Shown: piece by piece, positions 39,214-48,494 of the stretch
How the letters are laid out: each line of letters opens with the position of its first letter
How positions within the stretch are numbered: position 1 is the stretch's first letter
Source of the DNA: Hyphomicrobiaceae bacterium
Lineage (GTDB): Bacteria > Pseudomonadota > Alphaproteobacteria > Rhizobiales > Hyphomicrobiaceae
NCBI GenBank assembly: GCA_025359165.1
Contig: JANYHG010000063.1
Span: forward strand, 4,561 to 68,560
Reading direction: 5' to 3'
DNA length: 64,000 bases
Made by a program: the position numbers and the translations under genes
The notes under the pieces: model-generated
What the model saw: the letters and a program-made list of their open reading frames with translations, nothing else
Database searches by the model: none
Told to the model about the DNA's origin: nothing

Positions 39214-39921
39214 ATGTCTCATCAGAACCATACCCCGGCCACAGCTACTCAAGCAGCCAAACAGAATCGCTTTCCGTTCACTGCCGAACAGACCTTGAAT
39301 ATCGTCAGCGAGATGGGCCCCATCTTCACGATGTTCATCGTCAACTTCATTTGGGGCGTCGAAGCCGGCGTGTTGTCGCTGATCGGTGCAACCGTCCTTG
39401 CGCTGACGGCCTCGTTGATCGTGCTGAAGCGACCGCCGATGATGCCGTTCATCGCGGGGTTCGTGTCGATCGTGTTCGGTGGGTTGGCCTATTATACGGG
39501 CGATGCCAACTGGGTTCAGATCAAGGTGACAGTCTTCAATGGTCTGGTCGCCGTTCTACTGTTCGCCGGGCTATACAGAAAAAAATACTTCTTCGAATTC
39601 GTTTTCGGCAAGACGTTCCACTATACGACCGAAGGGTGGGCGCGGCTCACTCGGAATGCCGCTCTGTTTTTCCTCGTCACAGCAATCGCCAACGAGGCGG
39701 TGCGCCTCGGTTTTGCGACCGCGAGCATTCCATGCCCCCACTCCTGGCTATGGCTCCTGCGCAAGCCGGTCCTCTCGGGTCTCGACATCTGGATGATTTT
39801 CAAATTGTTTCTTGTGATGCCGCTGACCGGGCTATTCTTTGTCTGGCAAGTCCGCGTGATGCGTGGCTATCGCCTGCCGGTTCCAGTGCTGGCGCAGGTC
39901 GCTACCGACAGGACGCACTGA
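39214..39921 (+). CDS. YciB/IspZ (septation protein A)-like paralog, divergent
   Basis: YciB-like TM pattern and block VFGGLAYYTGDANWVQIKVTVFNGLVAVLLFAG. It carries an insertion (SIPCPHSWLWLLRKPVLSGLD) where canonical copies have the WVNFKVFG block. Confidence 0.6.
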   Translation: MSHQNHTPATATQAAKQNRFPFTAEQTLNIVSEMGPIFTMFIVNFIWGVEAGVLSLIGATVLALTASLIVLKRPPMMPFIAGFVSIVFGGLAYYTGDANWVQIKVTVFNGLVAVLLFAGLYRKKYFFEFVFGKTFHYTTEGWARLTRNAALFFLVTAIANEAVRLGFATASIPCPHSWLWLLRKPVLSGLDIWMIFKLFLVMPLTGLFFVWQVRVMRGYRLPVPVLAQVATDRTH

Positions 39922-39923
39922 TC

Positions 39924-40565
39924 ATGCACGCCGGATCGCAGCCGCCAGATGCTTCAGGGGCCAAAGTTGCCCCCGCGACGCACGGCAAAGACACCAAACC
40001 CAACCGGCAAGGGCTGAAATTTCTTATCGACCTGGTGCCATTGCTGGCGTTTTTCCTGGCGTTTCGCTTTTTCGGCATCGTCGAGGCAACGGCGGTTCTG
40101 ATCGGCGCGACATTAATGGCGTTGATCGCATCGAAGGTGCTGCTCGGCAAGATCGACGCGATGCTGATCGTGACAGCCACAATCGTCACCGTGTTCGGGG
40201 GACTGACATTCGCATTCGGCGATCCTCGCTTCATCAAGATGAAGCCGACTGTCGTCAATCTACTGTTTGCTGGTGCGCTGAGCTTCGGCTTGCTCACGGG
40301 CCGTTTGTTTCTCAAGACGATTCTGGGAGAGGCGCTGCAGCTCACTGATCTGGGATGGCGCCTGCTTACGCAGCGGTGGATCGCATTTTTCGTGGTGCTG
40401 GCGGCATTGAACGAGATCGTCTGGCGCAGCTACAATACGCCGGCGACGGAGCACGTCTGGGTCAATTTCAAAGTGTTCGGTATTCTGGGTTTGACGGTGG
40501 TTTATCTTGCCCTGCAGACGCCGCTGCTTCGGCGTCACGCGGCTCCCACGCCGAGTTCCGGCTGA
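39924..40565 (+). CDS. yciB: Inner-membrane protein YciB/IspZ (septation protein A)
   Basis: FLIDLVPLLAFFLAF, VFGGLTFAFGDPRFIKMKPTVVNLLFAGAL and VWVNFKVFG match the E. coli YciB pattern. ATG 39924 lies 3 nt after the previous stop. The ORF-track start 39351 is an out-of-frame overlap artefact. Confidence 0.82.
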   Translation: MHAGSQPPDASGAKVAPATHGKDTKPNRQGLKFLIDLVPLLAFFLAFRFFGIVEATAVLIGATLMALIASKVLLGKIDAMLIVTATIVTVFGGLTFAFGDPRFIKMKPTVVNLLFAGALSFGLLTGRLFLKTILGEALQLTDLGWRLLTQRWIAFFVVLAALNEIVWRSYNTPATEHVWVNFKVFGILGLTVVYLALQTPLLRRHAAPTPSSG

Positions 40566-40828
40566 ACGTCCGCGCACGTTGTGCAGTCCAATGACTGTCT
40601 CGGTTGTGACAAAAACCCACATCAATTTATCACCGGTCACGCCAAATTATATTGGACGTCGGACGAGTTTGCCGTATGCTATGATTTGCAAAGATTGTTT
40701 CCTTGAAAACGCGTGTAATACGGATCGTGTCCGGAGCGTTCCATAGGTTCTTGCACGTAGGTCTCAAACCCTGGGGTCATCTGCCTTGGCGTCGACCTGA
40801 AACAGCAACCTCAGACAGAGATCAATCA

Positions 40829-41296
40829 ATGGCACGCGAGGAAAAAGCCGATCGGCTCACGCGATCACCCCTACATATGTTGCATCGCGCGAGCCAGTGT
40901 GCCGGCGACGTGTTTCACGGCGAGATTGGCGGCGATGACCTTACGCCTAGACAGTATGCTGTGTTGCTGACCGTGTCGCAGAATGAGGGCATTAGCCAGA
41001 CCGGTCTCGTCGAGAAGACGGGCGTCGATCGGTCGACGCTTGCAGACATCGTGCGGCGTATGCTGAAGAAAGGCCTGTTGCAGCGTCGGCGGACCAAGGA
41101 AGATGCGCGTGCCTATGCTGTCAAATTGACCGAAGAAGGCCGCCGTCAACTCAAGCAGGCCGATCCGGTCTCGCGGCGCGTGGACGACCGCATCCTCGAC
41201 AGCCTGCCCGCACGGCAGCGCGAACAATTCCTAGACGATCTCTCCGCCATCGTATCTGCATTGCAGAAGGCGGAACGTGAGGAATTGCCCGGTTAA
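40829..41296 (+). CDS. MarR-family transcriptional regulator
   Basis: Winged-HTH pattern LTPRQYAVLLTVSQNEGISQTGLVEKTGVDRSTLADIVRRMLKKGLLQRRR. Confidence 0.85.
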   Translation: MAREEKADRLTRSPLHMLHRASQCAGDVFHGEIGGDDLTPRQYAVLLTVSQNEGISQTGLVEKTGVDRSTLADIVRRMLKKGLLQRRRTKEDARAYAVKLTEEGRRQLKQADPVSRRVDDRILDSLPARQREQFLDDLSAIVSALQKAEREELPG

Positions 41297-41308
41297 GCCG
41301 GTCATTAG

Positions 41309-42223
41309 TTAGAGCTTGCGTTGCGTTAGTCGGCCAGTTTCCCAGCCGATAAGCGCACGTTTGCGCGTCAAGCCCCAGTGATAACCGCCGAGCGCGCCAT
41401 CGGCGCGGAAGACACGGTGGCACGGCACCACGAACGACAAGGGATTGCGGCCTATGGCCGAGCCCACCGCGCGTGACGCCGTCGGCTGGCCCAAATGCTG
41501 GGCGATATGCTTATAACTGACCGCCTGTCCCATCGGAATGCGCGTCAGCGCCTGCCACACGCGGACATCGAAGTCGGAGCCGATCAGAACCAGCCGCGTG
41601 GGGGCTTTCGCTGTCGGCTGGACAAGCGCGAAGATATCTCTGGCCATAAGCGCACAGGCCTCGGGAGCGTCCACAAAGGTCGCCTGCGGCCACCGTCGCT
41701 GCATATCGGCCAGCGCATCGACCTTGCTCTCGCCGGCGTCCTCGTTGACGAACGCCAACCCGCACAAACCCCGCGATGTCGCCATCAACAACGCATCACC
41801 AAAGGGTGAGGCGTGAAAGCCGAAGCTGATGGAAAGCCCCTGTCCGCGTCGTTTGTATTCCCCTGGTGACATCGCTTCGTAAGTGACGAACAGGTCATGC
41901 AGCCGCCCGCCACCGCTCAAGCCGACCTCATGCGCGGTTTCGAGCACGCTCGCGGCATCGTCGAGCAAGACGCGTGCATGATCGAGCGCGATCGCCTGCA
42001 CGAACTCTTTTGGCGACAGGCCGCACCAGCGTTTGAAGAGTTTCTGGCATTGTGACGGGCTCAGCCCGATCGCCCGCGAAAGATCCTCAAGCGAAGGATG
42101 CGACAGCCAGTGCTCAGTCAAAAAGCCTATCGCCCGGCGCACGCGCGCGTAATCGCCGCTGGGATCGCTGCGCCCGGCTTCGCCGTCGGTTTCGTCCTGA
42201 TGAGATGGGGCCTGATGCAGCAT
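41309..42223 (-). CDS. AraC-HTH / methylated-DNA--protein-cysteine methyltransferase fusion (Ada/Ogt-like)
   Basis: N-terminal AraC-type HTH (LEDLSRAIGLSPSQCQKLFKRWCGLSPKEF). C-terminal MGMT active site VPCHRV. Confidence 0.85.
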   Translation of the reverse strand: MLHQAPSHQDETDGEAGRSDPSGDYARVRRAIGFLTEHWLSHPSLEDLSRAIGLSPSQCQKLFKRWCGLSPKEFVQAIALDHARVLLDDAASVLETAHEVGLSGGGRLHDLFVTYEAMSPGEYKRRGQGLSISFGFHASPFGDALLMATSRGLCGLAFVNEDAGESKVDALADMQRRWPQATFVDAPEACALMARDIFALVQPTAKAPTRLVLIGSDFDVRVWQALTRIPMGQAVSYKHIAQHLGQPTASRAVGSAIGRNPLSFVVPCHRVFRADGALGGYHWGLTRKRALIGWETGRLTQRKL

Positions 42224-42373
42224 GACGAACCTCGGCGTTCCAGATTACGGCTGCGGCTTTGCTACCGTACGCGATCATAGGCACTGCCATTCCACGCGGC
42301 GACCCGAATCCTGTCATCACGACTGATAGGCTCGATACATCGCTTACGTCCGAAACAGCGCTGTCGTGCGCTG

Positions 42374-42401
42374 TGATCCGACGCTACGCTGGTGTCGTTG
42401 T
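42374..42401 (+). promoter_or_regulatory. Candidate ECF (ChrR-type sigma) promoter: GTGATCC-N16-CGTTGT
   Basis: TGATCC at 42374-42379, a 16-nt spacer, then CGTTGT at 42396-42401. It lies 27 nt upstream of the DUF4399 ATG, with GAGGGAGG as the SD in between. Confidence 0.45.
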
Positions 42402-42428
42402 CTGAGGTACCACGAGGGAGGAATTATC

Positions 42429-42854
42429 ATGATCGTACGTATCGCCGCCGTTTCCGCAATGATGGCTTTGGGCGTTGTCTCAGCCCACGCTCAGGATTTT
42501 CGCTCGGCTGCGCCGGCCGGAGCCAAGCTCTATTTCATCGAACCCAAGGACGGTGCCGAGATCGCTGGCCCGGTCACGGTCAAGATGGGGCTTGTAGGCA
42601 TGGGCGTAGCCCCTGCTGGCGTCGAGAAAAAGGATACCGGTCATCATCACATCTTCATCGACGAAAAATTGACAGACCTGATGGCACCCATGCCGGCCGA
42701 CGACAAGCATCGCCATTTCGGCGCGGGCCAGACCGAGACCGTACTCACGCTTGCAGCCGGCAAGCACACGCTGCAACTCGTACTCGGTGATCACAATCAC
42801 ATCCCGCACAACCCAGCCGTTACCAGCGAACTCATTACCATCACGGTGAAGTAA
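42429..42854 (+). CDS. DUF4399-family periplasmic protein
   Basis: Signal peptide MIVRIAAVSAMMALGVVSAHA|QD. GHHHIFID block and a second His-rich block (GDHNHIPH). Confidence 0.7.
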   Translation: MIVRIAAVSAMMALGVVSAHAQDFRSAAPAGAKLYFIEPKDGAEIAGPVTVKMGLVGMGVAPAGVEKKDTGHHHIFIDEKLTDLMAPMPADDKHRHFGAGQTETVLTLAAGKHTLQLVLGDHNHIPHNPAVTSELITITVK

Positions 42855-42930
42855 GCGCCGCACCCGCGACGCCAGAGTTTGCGGCACGTTCGCGCTTGCG
42901 CGCGAAATGGGGCTGGCCCCAAACCCCACT

Positions 42931-42948
42931 GGAGGAACGCGTTCCTCC
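42931..42948. other. Perfect 18-bp palindrome GGAGGAACGCGTTCCTCC
   Basis: Read directly. It lies about 80 nt after the DUF4399 stop and may be a terminator stem or a protein-binding site. Confidence 0.5.
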
Positions 42949-43237
42949 AGACCACCTGCCCATGGAAGAACAGGGCGATTGCGGATAGGGCGATTGCCGT
43001 TTGGCGAGAAACGCTGTTGCGCCCTGCGGGCTTCGCGACTTCGCATGTCGCCCCAAGCTGCGTTTTACGAAACTGTGCAAACTGATCGTGAGATTTGTCA
43101 GCATCGGTCCGGCCGCAGCTCGAATACGTCCCCTTCAAACCCACCCCCACCTACGCCCTCTCGCCTCTTCCCCCGTCGGCGCGGCTCGGCTACAAGGCGG
43201 CCACACCCTGGACCCCCGACCGAAAGAGACGCCCGCC

Positions 43238-44896
43238 ATGGCGAACCCGCAATACGTCTATCACATGCACAAGGTCTCGAAGGCCTATCCCGGCGGCAAG
43301 CAGGTGCTCAAGGATATCTCGCTGTCGTTCTTTCCCGGTGCCAAGATCGGCGTCGTCGGTCTCAACGGCTCGGGCAAGTCGACGCTGCTAAAGATCATGG
43401 GCGGCGTGGTCGACGATTACCTCGGCGAAGCCTCCCCCGCCAACGGCATCCGAGTCGGCTATCTCGCCCAGGAACCGCAACTCGACCCGGGCAAGGACGT
43501 GCTCGGCAATGCCATGGAGGGCGTGGCCGAGAAGAAAGCCATCGTCGACCGCTACAATCACATCGCTTCGAACTATACCGACGAGACCGCCGACGAGATG
43601 GCGAAGCTGCAGGACGAGATGGACGCCGGCAATCTCTGGGATCTCGATGCGCAGGTCGAGCAGGCGCTCGACGCGCTGCGCTGCCCTCCCGGCGAAAGCT
43701 CGGTCACGACATTGTCGGGCGGCGAAAAGCGTCGCGTCGCGCTGACCCGGTTGCTGCTCTCGAAGCCGGATATTCTGCTCCTCGACGAGCCGACCAACCA
43801 TCTCGATGCCGAAAGCGTCGCCTGGCTCGAGCGCTTCCTGAAAGACTACACCGGCTGCGTCATTCTCGTGACCCACGACCGCTACTTCCTCGACACGATC
43901 ACCGAATGGACGCTGGAACTCGATCGCGGCCACGGCGTGCCCTACAAGGGCAACTATTCCTCGTGGCTGGAACAGAAAGCCAAGCGCGAGGAATCCGAAA
44001 AGGGCGCGGAGGATAGCAAGTCCAAGGCGCTGTCGCGCGAGTTGGAGTGGATTCGCTCGTCACCCAAGGCGCGTCAGGCCAAGTCGAAGGCTCGTATCAC
44101 CGCCTATGAAAAGATGGCCGAGGAAGCCGGTCGCGCAGAAGTCGGCAAGGCACAAATCCAGATTGCACAAGGCCCGCGTCTCGGCGGCGTGGTCGTCGAA
44201 ATCGACAACCTGTCGAAGGCTTTCGGCGACAAGCTGCTGGTCGACAATCTATCGTTCAAACTCCCGCCGGGCGGCATCGTCGGCATCATCGGTCCCAATG
44301 GCGCAGGCAAGACGACGCTGTTCAAGATGATCACCGGCAAGGAGACGCCCGACGCCGGTTCGATCCGCTTGGGCCCGACCGTGAAAGTGTCCTACGTCGA
44401 TCAGAGCCGCGATCATCTCGACGACAAAAAGACTGTCTGGGAGGAAATCTCCGACGGGTTGGACATCATGAAGCTCGGCGAGAAAAAAGAGATGAGTTCG
44501 CGGGCCTACTGCGGTTGGTTCAACTTCAAGGGCGCCGATCAGCAGAAAAAGGTCGGGTTGCTTTCCGGCGGCGAGCGCAATCGCGTGCACTTGGCGAAAA
44601 TGTTGAAAGAGGGTGGCAACCTATTGCTCCTCGACGAACCGACCAACGATCTCGATACCGAAACGCTATCGTCGCTCGAAAGCGCGCTGGAAGATTTTCC
44701 AGGCTGCGCCGTGGTCATTTCGCATGACCGCTTCTTCCTCGACCGCCTCTGCACCCACATTCTGGCGTTCGAAGGCGACAGCCACGTCGAGTGGTTCGAA
44801 GGCAACTTCGCCGACTACGAAGTCGACAAGAAGCGCCGCCTGGGCGATGCGGCCGTCGAACCCCACCGCATCAAGTTCAAACGCTTCGAGCGGTAA
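43238..44896 (+). CDS. ettA: ABC-F translational throttle protein EttA
   Basis: N-terminus [24 protein letters not shown]. Two ABC cassettes (GLNGSGKST with LSGGEKRR, and GPNGAGKTT with LSGGERNR). 552 aa and no TM segment. Confidence 0.9.
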   Translation: MANPQYVYHMHKVSKAYPGGKQVLKDISLSFFPGAKIGVVGLNGSGKSTLLKIMGGVVDDYLGEASPANGIRVGYLAQEPQLDPGKDVLGNAMEGVAEKKAIVDRYNHIASNYTDETADEMAKLQDEMDAGNLWDLDAQVEQALDALRCPPGESSVTTLSGGEKRRVALTRLLLSKPDILLLDEPTNHLDAESVAWLERFLKDYTGCVILVTHDRYFLDTITEWTLELDRGHGVPYKGNYSSWLEQKAKREESEKGAEDSKSKALSRELEWIRSSPKARQAKSKARITAYEKMAEEAGRAEVGKAQIQIAQGPRLGGVVVEIDNLSKAFGDKLLVDNLSFKLPPGGIVGIIGPNGAGKTTLFKMITGKETPDAGSIRLGPTVKVSYVDQSRDHLDDKKTVWEEISDGLDIMKLGEKKEMSSRAYCGWFNFKGADQQKKVGLLSGGERNRVHLAKMLKEGGNLLLLDEPTNDLDTETLSSLESALEDFPGCAVVISHDRFFLDRLCTHILAFEGDSHVEWFEGNFADYEVDKKRRLGDAAVEPHRIKFKRFER

Positions 44897-44943
44897 TTCT
44901 GACATGGCTGGGAAAGAACACCGGCCATGCCGTCCTTGCAGCG

Positions 44944-45135
44944 TCAGAACAACTTCCAAGGTTTGGCAGGTGGGTTACGCGCATCCATGCACTTGCCGTT
45001 TTTCCAGTACATGTAAGTGCCGCATGACCCAGCGGCTTTGGAGGCGGCAGCGACACTCGGCGTCGCAGCCATCGCCAGAGCCGGCAACGTGAGCGCAGCG
45101 CAAAGTGCAAAGTGCACTAAAGTTCGATACATCAT
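44944..45135 (-). CDS. Small secreted Cys-containing protein (63 aa)
   Basis: GAGGA lies 4 nt upstream of the ATG. Signal peptide MMYRTLVHFALCAALTLPALAMA. The mature part contains CGTYMYWKNGKC. Confidence 0.5.
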   Translation of the reverse strand: MMYRTLVHFALCAALTLPALAMAATPSVAAASKAAGSCGTYMYWKNGKCMDARNPPAKPWKLF

Positions 45136-45251
45136 GGCGTCCTCGATATTTGAGCTTCGGATATGCACCTCCAACCGCCGCCATGCATTTTTGTTTCATA
45201 AAACCAGCGAGTTAGCTTCGCAACTGCGAAGTCCTCACGTGAGACCCAACC

Positions 45252-45896
45252 ATGACCGAACTCGAGCTGCGCCTCTCCGTCATCGCGACTGCGCGCGCCA
45301 TGAGCCAGCGCGGGCTGTCGCCGGGCCGGAGCGGCAACGTGTCCTGTCGCTGGGCTGGTGGCATGCTGATCACACCCAGCGGCATGAGCTATGACGCCAT
45401 CGAGCCCGCTGACATCGTGACGATGACCGCCGACGGCAGCAGCACAGGCACGCGCAAACCGTCGAGCGAATGGCGTTTTCATCTGGCGGCTTACGCGCAG
45501 CGCCCCGACATGCAGGCGATCGTTCACACGCACTCGATGCACGCGACGGTGCTGGCCTGCGCGCACAGATCCATCCCGGCGTTTCACTACATGGTGGCGG
45601 CTGCCGGTGGACGCGACATTCCCCTAGTGCCCTATGCCACCTTCGGCACTGAGGCGCTGTCGCGGCACGTGGCCAACGGCGTATCCGAGCGCAATGCCTG
45701 CCTGATGGCGAACCACGGCCAGATCGCCATGGGTGCGACGCTGTCGGCAGCACTCGAAATGGCCGCCGATGTCGAAGTGTTGGCCGAGCAATACTGGAAA
45801 GTGCTGCAACTCGGGCCCGCGCATGTGCTGCCCGACGACGAGATGGATCGCGTGATCGAGCGCTTCAAATCCTACGGTCAGAAAGCGCAAGGTTGA
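45252..45896 (+). CDS. Class II aldolase/adducin-family protein
   Basis: Blocks GRSGNVSCR, ITPSGMSYD, and EWRFHLAAY...IVHTHS. Confidence 0.82.
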   Translation: MTELELRLSVIATARAMSQRGLSPGRSGNVSCRWAGGMLITPSGMSYDAIEPADIVTMTADGSSTGTRKPSSEWRFHLAAYAQRPDMQAIVHTHSMHATVLACAHRSIPAFHYMVAAAGGRDIPLVPYATFGTEALSRHVANGVSERNACLMANHGQIAMGATLSAALEMAADVEVLAEQYWKVLQLGPAHVLPDDEMDRVIERFKSYGQKAQG

Positions 45897-46071
45897 GAGG
45901 TCGTTCTACCATACGATTTGCACCCCCGACGTCATCAACGCTGGATATTTGTCGCTCTCAAAAAAAGACGTGCGCGGAAAAATATAGCGAGCAGAAAAGA
46001 TTTGTGCGACATTACGGCGCGGATTCGCACCTGCGGACCGCCGAAAAAATGACGAAATCTGGAGGGTGACG

Positions 46072-46356
46072 ATGAATTTTATCCCACTGATACTGCAATT
46101 GGTCGGCGGCGCTATCGGCGGCAATGCCACGGGAGCCATCGCGAAAGGCTCGAGCATGGGTTCGGTCGGCAATTCGATCGCCGGCGCGCTTGGCGGCGGC
46201 TTGGGCATGCAGGTGCTTGGTCCACTGCTCGGCCTGGGTGCCGCAGCTGGCGGCGGTCTCGATATCGGCACCATTCTATCGCAGCTGGTCGGTGGCGGCG
46301 TGGCGGGCGGTATCGTCCAGCTGGTTGTCGGCATGATCAAAAGCCGTATGGCCTGA
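46072..46356 (+). CDS. Small glycine-rich membrane protein
   Basis: GGAGG lies 6 nt upstream of ATG 46072. 94 aa, Gly-zipper-like (GGAIGG, GALGGGLG, GGGVAGG). Confidence 0.5.
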   Translation: MNFIPLILQLVGGAIGGNATGAIAKGSSMGSVGNSIAGALGGGLGMQVLGPLLGLGAAAGGGLDIGTILSQLVGGGVAGGIVQLVVGMIKSRMA

Positions 46357-46512
46357 ACTCGTTTTGGGACATAACTTCAGTGCGATGGCGTCCATCCGGG
46401 CAGCCGTCGCATTGACGTGCGTGGCAATTGCACATCGATACTTCAACTCACGTCCAGTCCTGCGTCAATCGCGGGTATCTCCCGCGCCGTTCACTCCAAC
46501 TCGTGTGTCCCC

Positions 46513-46827
46513 ATGATTTACGATCACCGGACCTACATTTGCAAATACGGCATGGTGCCCGCGCACTTCGCACTTTACGAGAAAATGGGCCTGGCGGTTC
46601 AACGCCGCATCCTCGGCGAGCCCGTGCTTTATGCCTCCACAGAAATCGGCGAGATCAATTCGTTCGTGCACATCTGGGCCTACAAAAATCTGGCCGACCG
46701 CACTCAGAAGCGGGCGGCGCTCGCGGCAGATCCGCAGTGGCAGGCGTTCGTCAAGGCAGCACAAGACCTTGGTGCCATCCTGGAACAGCACAACAAAATT
46801 CTGGTCAAGGCGGCATTCCTGGACTGA
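46513..46827 (+). CDS. NIPSNAP-family protein
   Basis: MIYDHRTYICKYGMVPAHFALYEK...FVHIWAYKNLADR pattern. 104 aa. Confidence 0.72.
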   Translation: MIYDHRTYICKYGMVPAHFALYEKMGLAVQRRILGEPVLYASTEIGEINSFVHIWAYKNLADRTQKRAALAADPQWQAFVKAAQDLGAILEQHNKILVKAAFLD

Positions 46828-46857
46828 TCGCGCCACTGGATGGCGAGCCATCCGCAC

Positions 46858-47646
46858 TCAAGCCAGCAAGGCTTCTGTCGCGGCACGCACGTCGGTTTGC
46901 CGCATCAGGCTTTCGCCGACGAGATACGTGCCGACACCGACAGCCTTCAGCCGCGCGATATCCGCGGGTGTAAAAATCCCACTCTCGCCGATGATGATCC
47001 GATCCGTCGGCACATGCGGAGCCAAGCGCTCGGTAGTTTCGAGACTGACCTCGAACGTCTTCAAATTGCGGTTGTTGATGCCGATCAGTCGGCAGTCCAA
47101 TGCCAAAGCTCGCTCCAGTTCCGGCGCATCATGCACTTCGGCGATGGCGTCCATACCCCAGGCCTTGGCGGTCTTCGCCAGCGCGTGGGCCAGGGCGTCG
47201 TCGGCATCAGCCAACACGATGAGAATGCAGTCGGCACCCCAGGCGCGCGCCTCGATCACTTGATAAGGATCGATCATGAAGTCCTTACGCAATACCGGCA
47301 GATCGCAGGCTGCGCGGGCCTGCATCAAGTACTCGGCTGCACCCTGAAAATACTGCACGTCGGTCAGTACAGACAGACACGCTGCGCCACCGTCGGCATA
47401 GGCCCGCGCCAGCTTCGGTGGATCGAAATCGGCCCGTATAAGCCCTTTCGATGGTGACGCCTTCTTGATTTCAGCAATCAGCGCAGGCTTGCCGGCCGCC
47501 ATCTTGGCGACGATCGCCGCCGCGAACGGACGCACCGGGGCCGCCGTTTCGGCGCGACGCGTGATGTCCGCTACCGACACCGCCGCCTTTGCTGCCGCGA
47601 CTTCGCTGCGCTTGGTGGCGATGATCTGCTGCAGAATATCGGCCAT
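46858..47646 (-). CDS. trpC: Indole-3-glycerol-phosphate synthase TrpC
   Basis: [24 protein letters not shown] and GINNRNL blocks. Start at [13 protein letters not shown]. Confidence 0.92.
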   Translation of the reverse strand: MADILQQIIATKRSEVAAAKAAVSVADITRRAETAAPVRPFAAAIVAKMAAGKPALIAEIKKASPSKGLIRADFDPPKLARAYADGGAACLSVLTDVQYFQGAAEYLMQARAACDLPVLRKDFMIDPYQVIEARAWGADCILIVLADADDALAHALAKTAKAWGMDAIAEVHDAPELERALALDCRLIGINNRNLKTFEVSLETTERLAPHVPTDRIIIGESGIFTPADIARLKAVGVGTYLVGESLMRQTDVRAATEALLA

Positions 47647-47680
47647 GGCTGCCTTCCGGGACGCGGTTATGCCGACAACT

Positions 47681-47712
47681 CTGCGGTGCCTCAATCCTGC
47701 GGTGCCTCAATC
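47681..47712. repeat. Perfect tandem duplication of a 16-bp unit (CTGCGGTGCCTCAATC x2)
   Basis: Read directly. The second copy contains the efp stop codon (47707-47709). Confidence 0.95.
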
Positions 47713-48282
47713 CTTGGCGCGTTCGACGTAGCTGCCGTCACCGGTCATGACGATGACGCGGATGCCGCTTTCGACGTGCGGCGGCACCATGATCTTGGCA
47801 CCATTGGAAAGCTTGGCGGTTTTGTACGACGACGATGCCGTCTGTCCTTTCACGACAGGTTCGGCCTCGACGATCTGCAAGGTCACCTTGGCGGGCAATT
47901 CGATCGCCACCGCAACGCCTTCGAACATCGACACCGAGCAGCGCATGTTCTCTTGCAGCCAGATCGAGCTGTCGCCGATCAGCTCTTTTGAAATCGAGAT
48001 CTGTTCGAACGTTTCGGGTTCCATGAAATTGTAACCCATGTCGTCTTCGTAAAGATATTCATACGTCTTCTCGTCGAGGAACGCACGCTCGACGTTTTCA
48101 GTGGTTCGATAACTTTTGACGATCTTCACACCGTCGGAGATGCGCCGCATGTCGATGTGGGTCGTAGGGGTGCCTTTGCCCGGCCGCACGCTTTCGGCCT
48201 TCATAACCGTGCACAGCGTACCGTCGATATCGAGCACATTTCCCTTGCGCACTTCGCTTGCAATCACCTTGACCACAGTCAC
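47707..48282 (-). CDS. efp: Elongation factor P
   Basis: Alphaproteobacterial EF-P pattern [13 protein letters not shown]...[19 protein letters not shown]. The start may be the GTG at 48276 (MVKVIAS). Confidence 0.93.
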   Translation of the reverse strand: MTVVKVIASEVRKGNVLDIDGTLCTVMKAESVRPGKGTPTTHIDMRRISDGVKIVKSYRTTENVERAFLDEKTYEYLYEDDMGYNFMEPETFEQISISKELIGDSSIWLQENMRCSVSMFEGVAVAIELPAKVTLQIVEAEPVVKGQTASSSYKTAKLSNGAKIMVPPHVESGIRVIVMTGDGSYVERAKD

Positions 48283-48494
48283 ACTCCGTCAATTCGATGT
48301 CTGATCGATATGTTTCGTTGATTTCAGCAGCTCGAAGCCGCCTGCCAATACACAAGGTCGAGGATGGCATCGGGGATGCAGATGACCTATGGCAAAGTTC
48401 GGCGTGTCATAGCTGGTTCGGATGCGAACGCCAAGGGCTCGCGGGCCAGGGCCGCCGTCGGGAACATTCCGGCTGTCAAAACCGTTGTCGGAGC

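Noticed and set aside
39351-39923. Upstream 191 aa of the 404-aa ORF that contains the second yciB.
   Set aside because: It overlaps the first yciB paralog in another frame and is Arg-rich nonsense. ATG 39924 gives a canonical YciB.
45906-46340. 144-aa Pro-rich minus-strand ORF opposite the glycine-rich gene.
   Set aside because: It is the mirror image of a Gly-codon-rich plus-strand gene that has a strong GGAGG SD. The Pro-rich reading has no start signal or motif.
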